From positions 2,677,680 through 2,741,679 of the forward strand of contig OZ037767.1 of NCBI GenBank assembly GCA_964035545.1: a stretch of DNA of 64,000 nt, in the 5' to 3' direction. The notes under the pieces were generated by a model. It was not told where the DNA came from. It did not search any database and saw only the letters and a list, made by a program, of their open reading frames with translations. The DNA is from Bugula neritina. Taxonomy: Eukaryota; Animalia; Bryozoa. Position 1 is the stretch's first letter; every line of letters begins with the position of its first letter. The translations under genes and the position numbers were made by a program. Positions 1-16,105 of the stretch are shown here, piece after piece.

Positions 1-32
1 AAGCCAATAATAAACAAACACACACACATTGT

Positions 33-2675
33 ATGAGTAGTAACAGGCGAGTGACACGGAGCGTAACTAGACAAATGGCTACCTCAGGAGAAGCAACCTC
101 ATCTGCCCCTACCACATTGAGCCCCCCTTCCGACACTACCACACAACCTCCCATAACCACCTCAACTTCTACTACACTACCTGACTATACTGACACTCCA
201 CTAACCGCGACAACCACTATAACCAGCTCGACCGCGACATCGAGCGATACAGGCACAAGACCCAGAAACACAAATTACACACCCACCTCGAAGGAAGAGA
301 TAGTGAAGTTTTGGAACTCACTATCTCCAGAACTACGACGTGACTGTATCAACAGCAACACTTCAACAGGCCCTACACCCAGCCTTACAATGACAAACTA
401 TGGTTTGTCAACTCAAGCTCATATGACCCCAACACTGCAAGCTTATTCAACCCAAACACGACCTCCACGCGGCATACCCTCTACCAACATACCAACCGTC
501 AATCCATTCCAAACGCAGATCATAGCAAGTGTGGCACCCAACTTGGATAGCCTGCCATCTTTCTCCGGTGACTCTACGGAGTCCTGGGAGAATTTTATAG
601 AGAGATGGGAAGTTCTAATGGCTCCCCATCGATATGACAACGAACAACTAGCCCTCGCCATACCTGCCAAGCTCACTGGCTCAGCTTGGCAAACGTACCG
701 AAAGGTAGTGAAACAGGCGCCCGGCTGTGCCACCAGCTACACTGCACTTAAACCCAAACTGGCTACGATGTTCCAGAGAAGCAACCCACTGCTAGGGAAG
801 AGCCTCTGGAAACTGTCACAGGGGAAGAAAACTGTTGGAGAATTCTTCACAGAAGTAGTCTCTCAAGGCCAGTCGGCATTCCTGGATATGCCGGAGGAAT
901 ATAGAGACAAAGTGTTGACGAACGTATTTATTGCAGGGCTGAACGAAGCCCATCAGAGGGATATCCTTCTGAAGGGTGAACTCACCCTGCAACAGACCTT
1001 GGAGGAAGCAAAGAAGCTTGAAGCGGTAGATGGAGCACTCAAGACTCAAAAAATAAATTTCATAGAGTCAGAAATAGTCGCGGAAATTAATTACACCCGG
1101 AGCCAAGCAGAACTCATAGCTCCTCTGCAAAAGCAAATAGATGGTCTGGCTGAGCTTATAAAAGCTCAGTCAATAAGATCCAAGGAGCAAGAGGAGAAAA
1201 GTTACAGGAGCAATAACTACCAGCCCAACCGATACCGTGGTAGAGGACGCGGTGGTAACCAAGGCAACAGAAGAGGTGGTTACAACCAACCACAGCGCTA
1301 CTATAACCAAGGCACCCACAACCAACATCAGGCCCCTTTTAACCAACACCAAGCCCCTTTTAACCAACAAAGAGGGTCATACAACCACCAATCTTCACAC
1401 AGGCACAATAACAATCGCACAGGTCAGAACTACGGCAATGGGCGTGGACAAAATCCTTGGCCCTGCAAGTCTTGCGGGAACCAGCATTATGGGAGCAAAT
1501 GCTCTAATGTAAACGTCGTCAGCGACCTCGGTCCTGACGAGTTTGCATTCCAGTTCCTAAATCAAGATCCAGGCCAGGAACACGTCAACGCCGTAGAACT
1601 GACTCCCAAAGCAAAAGGACCAAAGGCCAAAAGTAGAAGAGGTGGCAGAAAACTTTCAGTCATGGATGCGGTACAACTAGCAATGCTATGCTTGCTAAGC
1701 TGTTTCCTTGGCTGTGGAGCGACCCCGGTAGAAGCAAAAAACCCCATGGTATGCGGCTCACACCATACTGACCAACCCCACTTGTTCCGACTGAACACCA
1801 ACTACACCTGCCCCGGACATGACAAGACTGACCCCACGCGACAGCCCCAACAGACAAAAATCATGGTATACAAACCCAACACAATAGAATGGGAGTCACC
1901 AGCATACCAATGCAAGAAGTTCAAATCTGTGGCCACCACGTTAGTGTCTCTCTTCACCGACGTGAAAGTCCGCAATGCTCACATAGAGAAACGACCTATC
2001 ACGCGGGGAGAGTACATCGACATGGTTGCCTCAAAACACTGTGACGCGGGTGAGCTTAAGGGCGGAGATGGTGTCTTCACTACGCGCAACAAGGTTGAAG
2101 CAGTGTACAAGCACTGCTGCAAGAAGCAATTCTTCTCGAAGAATCAGTGCAGCATAGTTAGAGTGACCGTGTACAAAAGGCATGAGGATAAGGAATTTGA
2201 GTCCACTGCAGGCGACGTTCGTCATTGCAAATATGACGAAGGAAGCTGCAAATTGGACGACGGTTCCATCCTCATATGGGAACCACGGAAGCAGACCCAC
2301 TGCAGACATACGGAGTGGTACATGGAGGAAGGCACCTTCTTCGACAACCACTTCGTTAGTAGTGACCACTCGATGGCCTTGACGTTCGCCCGATATGGAA
2401 TCAACTCGACGAAGGACTGCCACGACAAGAACACGTCGATGTCGGACCAAGGGCTGATGTTGAGGTTCATGACGCCACTCCACAATGTTACCATTCGTAA
2501 CAACGTCACAGCCACAGATCAGATTGTAGGCCAATATGCGTCTACAATAAACGCAATAGCGCAAGCTCTAGTGTTAGAACAAATCACCACCGCACAAAAA
2601 CTATTCTGGACTTCATACTACTATTCGTGTCACAACACTGCCCAAACCACAACAGCAGAATATATAAACTATTAA
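33..2675 (+). CDS. Gag-Env fusion polyprotein: retrotransposon Gag capsid, CCHC knuckle, internal signal peptide, truncated class III (chuvirus G / gB-like) glycoprotein ectodomain
   Basis: N-terminal RRVTRS; capsid motifs LPSFSGDSTESWENFIERWE, KLTGSAW, YTALKPKL, LSQGKKTVGEF, VFIAGL; R/G/N/Q-rich region; CKSCGNQHYGSKC (1464-1502); hydrophobic AVQLAMLCLLSCFLGCGA (~1668-1721); Cys-rich ectodomain with AYQCKK, CKYDEGSCKLDDGSILIW and NxT/S sequons. Confidence 0.8.
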   Translation: MSSNRRVTRSVTRQMATSGEATSSAPTTLSPPSDTTTQPPITTSTSTTLPDYTDTPLTATTTITSSTATSSDTGTRPRNTNYTPTSKEEIVKFWNSLSPELRRDCINSNTSTGPTPSLTMTNYGLSTQAHMTPTLQAYSTQTRPPRGIPSTNIPTVNPFQTQIIASVAPNLDSLPSFSGDSTESWENFIERWEVLMAPHRYDNEQLALAIPAKLTGSAWQTYRKVVKQAPGCATSYTALKPKLATMFQRSNPLLGKSLWKLSQGKKTVGEFFTEVVSQGQSAFLDMPEEYRDKVLTNVFIAGLNEAHQRDILLKGELTLQQTLEEAKKLEAVDGALKTQKINFIESEIVAEINYTRSQAELIAPLQKQIDGLAELIKAQSIRSKEQEEKSYRSNNYQPNRYRGRGRGGNQGNRRGGYNQPQRYYNQGTHNQHQAPFNQHQAPFNQQRGSYNHQSSHRHNNNRTGQNYGNGRGQNPWPCKSCGNQHYGSKCSNVNVVSDLGPDEFAFQFLNQDPGQEHVNAVELTPKAKGPKAKSRRGGRKLSVMDAVQLAMLCLLSCFLGCGATPVEAKNPMVCGSHHTDQPHLFRLNTNYTCPGHDKTDPTRQPQQTKIMVYKPNTIEWESPAYQCKKFKSVATTLVSLFTDVKVRNAHIEKRPITRGEYIDMVASKHCDAGELKGGDGVFTTRNKVEAVYKHCCKKQFFSKNQCSIVRVTVYKRHEDKEFESTAGDVRHCKYDEGSCKLDDGSILIWEPRKQTHCRHTEWYMEEGTFFDNHFVSSDHSMALTFARYGINSTKDCHDKNTSMSDQGLMLRFMTPLHNVTIRNNVTATDQIVGQYASTINAIAQALVLEQITTAQKLFWTSYYYSCHNTAQTTTAEYINY

Positions 2676-2940
2676 GGCTAGGGCCAAGGCCCCTAATACT
2701 ATTCCGGCCACTAGGCCAGTGTATCCTAAAAGAGAATAGAAAACAAACACATGAATATGTGAGCTAAGTGGTAGTTAGATTTATTATTAACATATTATTA
2801 ACTGGTATATAGATATACAATGACAAAAACATATGTACATATAATATATACATATAAGTAGTGGGTGAAAATAAAGTAAATGAAAAAAAGAAAACAAATA
2901 TATATATATATATACGTATATTATAAGGACGTTAGTAATG

Positions 2941-3141
2941 TTAGCTTTGTGGGGTGGTTCTATATTCTATGTATCTACGGGCGCCATAGCGACAAGCAAA
3001 CATGCTGAGCACTGCCATTAGCAACAGCGTGCCTAGCCCTATAATACTTATTAAGAGGACCCCATCTTGGTCCTCCTGAGCTGAGAACAACTCAGTTAAA
3101 TTGAGTTCAATAACGTTAGACCCTGTAGCATAAAGTGGCAT
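2941..3141 (-). CDS. Small single-pass membrane protein ORF (66 aa), antisense inside the retroelement
   Basis: NLT sequon, ~23-residue hydrophobic stretch VLLISIIGLGTLLLMAVLSMFAC, basic tail RYGARRY; minus-strand AATAAA near 2780-2785. Confidence 0.4.
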   Translation of the reverse strand: MPLYATGSNVIELNLTELFSAQEDQDGVLLISIIGLGTLLLMAVLSMFACRYGARRYIEYRTTPQS

Positions 3142-4764
3142 ATAAACTAGGCATGCTTACTCAGAAAGGCAATTGGATTGATATGGCTACGATGACCGAC
3201 CCTATACTGCTACTGCTTTGAGCTAGACGATAAGTCCAATTACTAACCCCACGTGACGGGTAGATCGGTCGTAGTTTTCTTGTAACTCTACAGCCGTACT
3301 GTGAAGCGTGGAGGTACTACTAAAGCACTCCAACACCCTGCCTCTTCAACAGTTGCAGTGCATTGGGCAGATCTGAAGGGCAAGGATCCATTCAAGTCAT
3401 TATAAGCGATAGCCTAGCGGATGCACATATCAACCCCCCCCCCTTAGTTAGATACTAACATATAACAGTCTGCTGATACTAACAAATCTACCCCAATGCT
3501 TACTAACCCCTTCAGGAATAAATAGAATAACGAATGGCAGGAGCCATTCCCTTTTCTTCTCATTGGGTGAGCAGCTTAACAGCTAGCAGTGGATACCAGT
3601 GGTCCACTAGATCAATTATATATAACCATAAACAAAACACTGAGACCGAAATACCCACAATTAGTACTCCTACTAGTGAAAGTTTTTTATTATTATTTTT
3701 TTTTCATTATTATTTACTTATTTTAACATTAACCAGATAAAGATGGATTTATGCCAGTATAAATAACTACAAAAACGGCTAGACAATTCAATAGCAACAC
3801 GTTTACTAATTGACAACACCCACCATTAAGTCCAATGACTATTGTTACCAAGTACAACTTTACTCTTATCATTAAAATTTTATAATGCCAATAATACTCA
3901 ACTACTGACCAGACATATTGACATAGTATCTATAAGTATTGACACCACAACTAGTAGCAGCACTATAACTGTTGTAAGTGGGTAATTCGGTCAGCAAACA
4001 CACACTTTAGTCTTACTCTAAACTAATACCTATAGTCAAACGACACTGGACTGACAGTTTATCACTTTATTGAATTTATCACTTTTGAATGATATCTCAA
4101 AAATCGAACGAGAAATTACACTTAATTCGGGTTACATCGTCACATCTAGACTAAGAACTTTAAATTACTGAAGTTAATTTGATAGGTTTGAAGTAAAACT
4201 TAAAAAACTTGAAGTTGATTACAACGAAATACTACGCCTACTACTAGTACTACCACTGAAGCTACGTACATATTCACATCACAGATATACTAACTGAATC
4301 CACACAATGATAAAAACGTAGAATTAATTAGTATTATCCAACTTACCGTACTGGAAGACATACTGATATCGAAAACTGAGGTTTATGGAAATATTGAGTT
4401 AAAGTTGTGTCAACAGAGTAGCGTGGCTTGTACGTAGAATTATAGTAGAGGATCGCGCCAACTTACTGGTAATCACACAATGACACAACCCCCGCATTCT
4501 AGCCACTCGAACTTTATCAATAATAATTATATCTGCCGCAACAAATATTCGGAGCAATTTAACATTCATACCATTTCCTCATCCTAGTAAGTAATAGTCC
4601 TAGTAAGTAATAAGTAGAACGCTCTGATTAATACCAACTCACTCAGACGAATCACTTACTGACTCACCTCCACACCCCAATTTCGTAAGTAGAACCTTAT
4701 CATAATTTCGAACTACATTGTAAGTACTACAGACACATAGCAGGAGCTATGCTTTCTTTTCGTC

Positions 4765-4772
4765 AGGAGAAA
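4765..4772 (+). other. Putative polypurine tract (short)
   Basis: AGGAGAAA immediately 5' of the TG that starts the candidate LTR. Confidence 0.5.
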
Positions 4773-5411
4773 TGTTGTAGTGGAATTATGGACTTTAGGT
4801 TTATTCATTTCCCACTGAGTCATTCTACATTCTCATTTCCTAACGCCCAGCTAAACCCCACATTGATATTAACTTTTTATTGTTATACGGATTAGAGAGA
4901 ACTAATGCCATCACAATAGCCCATCTGTTTCCTACTGTCTGTAACATGTACTAATTTCGTTACAATTATAATTACATTTTCGCTTTGAAGTCAGTTCCTA
5001 TACGTCAAACACCCTGATCCTGCAGCTTCTTGGCTCTATCCTTATATGGAAATGCAGCCACCCTTGTAAACACAGTAGCCTATCCTGAAGCAGCTGACGT
5101 GGACCAACCGGCAGGAAACCTAAGTATTACAGCCACCCTTGTAATACTTCAACCTATCCTGAAGCAGCTGACGTGGAGCTAACCGGCAAGAAGTATCTTG
5201 CTACACCCAACAGCTATCTGAAGGCACTCCTCTGTAAGACCCAGCTTCAGGTAGACGTACCAGGAACGAGAGGAGTCATCAACAATCTACAAGGTAATTA
5301 CCATAAAGTATATGCATATAATACTGTCATAGTAAATCACTAAGGCTTAGCCATATTAGTAACAGCTGTACAGTAAGTTGTAGCGGGATACCACAAGTTC
5401 CCGTTATAACA
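4773..5411 (+). repeat. Putative 3' LTR (~639 bp, TGTT...AACA)
   Basis: Start TGTTGTAGTGGAA is an imperfect inverted match to end TTCCCGTTATAACA; TATA-like TTATAT at ~5042; internal ~63-bp duplication (5055-5117 / 5130-5192, period 75); CATAAA at 5302. The second LTR is not in the window, so the ends are inferred; alternative ends are 5284 and 5364. Confidence 0.65.
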
Positions 5412-5868
5412 CAGTCTCAGTCTGAGTTTCATTTTCAGCTTCAGTTTGAAGAGTAGGGATACTGTCATTTGCAGCTGAATCAGCCGAGCTGACGAAATCC
5501 ATTGGTAAATTAGAGTCATTGTTCGCTCCGGAGCTAACTTCAGGCGTAGGTTCGCCATAAACCAAAGTAGCATTCGGAGTCTCGGCAATAGACTGAGACT
5601 GACTCAGTGACGGAGCTCCATTTTGATTTTGACTTTGAATCTGAATATCTGACTCTAACTGTTCGGTAAAATTAGAATCAAGGCCTTGAACAGCGCTGAT
5701 TACGCTGTTACTTGTGTTTATATTAATTAGGTTTTCATTAGATGATTCAACTGTGTGAATGTTCAAATCCGGTGCGGGCAGGGCTTCAATTTTAGAACCA
5801 ACATCTTCGGCATCATTCTGATTCTCAGCTTTCTGTTGACCAATTATAATGTCAAGGTCATCGGCCAT
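5404..5868 (-). CDS. First coding exon of an unidentified host gene (acidic, low-complexity N-terminus), apparently interrupted by the LTR at 5411/5412
   Basis: ATG at 5868 follows an acceptor TTTTCAG (~5892) and an upstream donor GTAAGT (~5997); the final VL* codons are supplied by the LTR terminus. Confidence 0.55.
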   Translation of the reverse strand: MADDLDIIIGQQKAENQNDAEDVGSKIEALPAPDLNIHTVESSNENLININTSNSVISAVQGLDSNFTEQLESDIQIQSQNQNGAPSLSQSQSIAETPNATLVYGEPTPEVSSGANNDSNLPMDFVSSADSAANDSIPTLQTEAENETQTETVL

Positions 5869-6774
5869 TGCTTTCTGTCGTTAGTCAAATTCTGAAAATA
5901 GTTTCTAAAATTCAACAATATTTCGTATATTTAATAAAGAAATTTGAAATTGAAAAGCTTTAGAAATATAAAAACATTGCAATAAAAAATAACTTACCAT
6001 AAAGTTCTCGGCAATAACATTACAACAATGAAATCTTATTGGAGCACAACCTGACCTATTACTAGCGACTGCTTCGTCAGTTTTACAACAGTTCAGCAAC
6101 CGCGGGAAACGTTAGAAAAATTAAACATAAGTAAGAAACGCAACTCCAACTAAAAAGTTGCTGTCGGGGAAAAACAACTCTAAAACAAAGTAACCATCTC
6201 CACAAAAAGCTCTTATTTCTTCCTGTATTTTCGTCTGTTGTTGTTTTAGGATAGCCAAGATGTGTTGTAACACAATGCTGTAAAGTTTAAAGGCTATAAA
6301 ACAATATTAGGTCAGGTGCAATAAATACACTTGCTAGGACTTCTTCAAATATAAAAGAAACACAGAAGTACATCAAGACTTCATAGCTATATAGTTTGTT
6401 TTAGTAATTATTTATTGCACAGCTCAATAGATTAAATGCAGAAATAAAACATGCAAAAATGGCACTTTTGTGGTAACTTTTTAATTTTGCAAAAAGCTAA
6501 CATTGTATAAATATTATATTACATAAAACACTGATTGCTCCTGGTGAATGCTTTTTGCATATAAGTCAAGCTCAATTCTTACTAACAGAGACTGACATTG
6601 TGTAATGTAGCCCACAATGCACTACATATTATTTGAGTGAAATACACAAGTAAAAAATAAAAAAAGCTCATAAGGAAACAAAAACCTGATAAAAATAAAA
6701 ATTAATGTCTTTTCCAAGATCAGGTTAGCTTAAATTTCATTTGTGACATCTGCCCTAAATTTGCTTCATTAGAC

Positions 6775-7816
6775 TTAAGATTTTATCCTTTTTGATTCTG
6801 GTGGCTGCTCATCTAAAACGTAAAGAAAATTAATAATACACAAACTGCTTCTCTTAGAGATTTTACTTGGGCCATCATTTGTGTGTCCATCATGAAAATG
6901 ATCATGGTGGTGACATTCATTACTCTAGTACTGCTCAGCACAAAACTACTACATACTTTTAAAAATATGCAACTAGCAATGATTCATGTAAACTATTCAA
7001 TTTAGTAGTGCTTTCTACTCAATTCACTTTTAGTAGTACTCAAGAAGGTAATATGTACTATTCACTCAAAAGACCCAAAAGTAAATATTTACAAAGGATT
7101 TACTGACTTACTCATAGCTGAGCTGAAATTAGCAACATACCAAATTGACTATTCAGTATTCTAGTTCTACACGTTAAGTCGAAAATGCTAATTTTTTTCT
7201 TTAATAATTAAAATGTCATTCTCATGCCATGTCACTATTAATATTATTATACTAGTAGTAGTAGTAGTAGTAGTAGTAGTAATACTGAATCCTAGTCAAA
7301 GCCAATACCGATACGCATACCCTTTGAGTTAGTGTCTTAGTCTTACGCTCAGTGATACTGATAGTCATAATCATATATTGATACAATTAGTATTACACTT
7401 AGTCTTACACCTACAGTCAAACTGATACTTGGTTGAATTTAATAGTCATACTCATAGTGCTACTAGTACTACTACTACTAGTAGTACTATTACTTACCAA
7501 CCGAATCAAATTCATCATGATCATCGTCTTCTAATTCTTCATCACTTTGACTTTCACTATTTTCAATATCATCCTCGGTGAGTGTGGCACTGCGACACTG
7601 ACTGACAGAATCAGTGCGAGTTTGGGTTTTTGAAATTAAAGACGTCAGCGTGTTGTTGGATTGCAGAGCTAAACTTGAAACTGATTGTATTGCAGCTGCA
7701 TAATATTCGTTTTTATTATCATGCGTTATATTTTCTTGTGTTAAAAGCAAGGTGTCAATGTCTGTACTGTCATTGCGGTTTTTAGCATAAATTGCTAAGC
7801 TAATGGAGGCTGCCAT
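6775..7816 (-). CDS. GON7-like small acidic protein (possible KEOPS subunit), 2 exons, 118 aa
   Basis: Exons 7816-7498 and 6812-6775 in consistent phase; LAIY strand, amphipathic EYYAAAIQSVSSLALQSNNTLTSLI, D/E tract, C-terminal PPESKRIKS. This layout resembles GON7/C14orf142 as recalled. Confidence 0.55.
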
Positions 7817-8302
7817 GTTTTTATGAAGTAGCACGTAGTCTCAAAGTTGACTGTTAAAATTTCGAAGGGGGAATAATAAATGAGTTAGCTCTGCCACAAT
7901 TTTACAGAAAACAAGCTAATAGCCGTTGCAACATGTCAAAATTAGTGTGAACTTTAACCCTTTGGCCAAAATAATAATAATATTATCATAGCCTAGTCTA
8001 ACGCATTACATGTAAAATATAAATAAACGTGATAATAATATTGTAAACATTGAAATGGATGTAAAAGTATATAATAGAATCTTATTTTTGCTGCGAAAGA
8101 TATAGAGTTATCTCCCTTATAAAAACCACCATCAACAACGAACGCAAGGCTATTTGCTTTGCATATAATACAAATTATTTGTTTCGGGAGTGTACCGTGC
8201 TGATCTTGCAGCGTTGACTTCAAGGCTAAAGCAAGGTTTTTAGTTCCAGCGTGCTATTGTAATAAAATAGCAAAACCCACCATCAACTTCAAGCAACTTG
8301 CA

Positions 8303-13815
<5,513 letters not shown>

Positions 13816-14721
13816 CGTGAGGTCACCAAATCACACCTGTAAATGTGTGCCAGTCACCTGACCGGTGATGTCATAGCAGGTGTGTGTTTCAAGGTGGATT
13901 TCAACTGCTACCCATGCGTTACAGTGTCTATACTATATACATGTTTTGCATAATTTCTATACTGTGTATGCTTCGCTATGCTGTAGATGTACATACTGTA
14001 GGTGTACAAATTGTAGTTTTGAGTTTGTTACAATTTACGCAGACCTGGGTGCATGCTTTATACTTTTAACAAGACGTGTGCATTTGAACTTGGCCGTGAA
14101 ACAAATTTGATTGTCTGTAAACAGCAATTTGATTTATTTAACTCTTGTATCAAATCAGGTTTGAATAAAGTTGATTTTCACCCTATTGTCAAGTGTTGTG
14201 ATTTATGTCAAAAAATTCGCATTCATTTCCAGTGTCATTTTTCAAACACCTGTTCTTACACGACACTGAGCAATCAACTCATTTGCTTTTTACAGCTCCA
14301 CTTTGCATCTGAATGACAGCACTTGCTCCAAATGGATATGTCAATTTTTTATTGTAACAAAATATCATATAATTTTACATTTATCATGTAGTTCTTGTTC
14401 CAAGACATTGTATAATCCTCTAGATTAAAATGAAGACTTTGAATTAAAACATCTTGGTGTATCACTCAGCAAGCTAAATGTTGTGTTTTTTATATTCATG
14501 TGTACAACTAACAAGTTGCAAAGTATAATAGGTTGCATCAGAGTCACTAAGTTGAACTGTATCTGTGCAGTTGTTATGACATGTACAAGTTCATACGAAA
14601 TAACTTGACAGAATAGCAGGTACTGAGTATCATAGGAGTGTGTAAATACTTTCTTATCAAGTATATGGGTGTGATTATATATATGTCTGTGCAATTTGTG
14701 TAATAGAGCAGCTGGAAGACA

Positions 14722-16105
14722 TCAACTGTATTCAATCTCCTGGTTTCTACAAATGAAAGTGCAACAACTTGTCAGGTAAAACATTATTGATCAGCACAAT
14801 GATGCCAAATTATTTGAATAACAATGACAAAACTAAGAAACTGATGCAAAACATATTACAACACTAGAAAAATATGACAAAATATTAGTAATATTTTGTT
14901 GTGCTAATAAGGGGCCTGCAACAGACCTAGATTCCCAAGAGGGTTTTCAAAAATGGACGCTTGGTTTAGTGCATTAGGCATCTTCTTTTGATTACTGATG
15001 CACCAAATATGGATGGTGACATAAACAAAAGCAACTAATTGATGGAATCTATGTTGCTTGGCAACACGGCTATTTTTCAGCATTTCTAACATAAATCTAC
15101 CCAGTCTATTAATTTCAAGCTGCAAAAAATATAGAAGACAACTCCCAAAACCATATTGAATATGTCACAAAACTGTAGCAACATACAAGGAAAACCTACC
15201 TGCATTTAGGATCAGCACAAGTGAAAAATACAGTTTGACCTTCATCTGCTGACCTAGTTTGCTGTGTTTTATAGGTCATGGTAGGGTGACCACATTTACT
15301 GCACTCTCTGTCAATCTAAAATAATTACTCGGAATAAATCCATGGAACGTGCTGCTTATGACGCAGGAGGCAGCATGAACTGATCACTAGCTGATAATTA
15401 GTACTTCAGAAACAGCTTGCTGATAAATAACTCAGTGACAGAAAACTAGTTGATGATAAAAAATATCAAGTAATGACACATACTATAATTTTAATTTAGA
15501 TTTTACTAACTGAAACTTACAAAAAATATAATTGGTGTGCAATTTACCACACAATTTTTCAGCCAATTTAGATTTTTTAGGTACCCAAGTATAAAAAAAT
15601 ATATAATTTGGGAGTTTTCTTACCGAGGGTCCATCAGTTTGGTGTTTACCAGTAGATGCAGTTTCTTGCACTTTGTTGAATATAATTGTCCTTGTAGTGG
15701 TAATGCCATGAAATTCTATAAAATTTCACATCAAGAGTTGAAACAGATAGTGACTTTTCATCATTTTGAAAGTATTTGAGCTTAACTAAGCACTGAATTT
15801 CTCATGTTCGACATTTATTTACTCATTGGATAAAACCTTGACTGCAGTAAGATATAAGAATATTTCTATGTGAATGTTTGGCAATATTCGCTAGAAACAT
15901 GTTACTTTCAACAATTATAACGAAAGTTAGTAGAATAGAACTTGACAAATATTCTGTGAACTTTACCCGCTATGTCTACCACGCTGCTACACTTTCTACA
16001 CTCTACAGTTCGCTTGTCGGCGGTTGGTAAAGGCAATACAGATCCACAAAGTTTACAAAACCTTGGGTCTGTTGTTGTAAATATGGAAGATGTGGCAGAT
16101 TTCAT
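14722..16105 (-). CDS. POLR1H: RNA polymerase I subunit RPA12 (ZNRD1), 4 coding exons, 123 aa
   Basis: Exons 16105-15967, 15715-15624, 15315-15200, 14746-14722; FCKLCGSVLP..CRKC zinc ribbon and the TFIIS-like CSKCGH..QTRSADEGQTVFFTC. Confidence 0.93.

Larger units (their letters stand above)
1..5411 (+). mobile_element. Ty3/gypsy-like LTR retroelement (gag-env, no pol in window; 5' LTR lies upstream of the window)
   Basis: Intronless 880-aa Gag-glycoprotein ORF; ~2.1 kb mostly non-coding 3' region; purine run AGGAGAAA (4765-4772) directly before TGTTG (4773); candidate LTR ends in ...TTATAACA (5411). Confidence 0.8.

Noticed and set aside
443-2564. Antisense and alternate-frame ORFs overlapping gag-env
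   Set aside because: Expected shadows of a long, relatively GC-rich ORF; no recognisable motifs.
2941-3141. Idea that the 66-aa TM ORF is the inverted missing Env anchor
   Set aside because: An in-frame stop lies six codons upstream and no gB-like ectodomain sequence precedes it; cannot be fully excluded without sibling copies.
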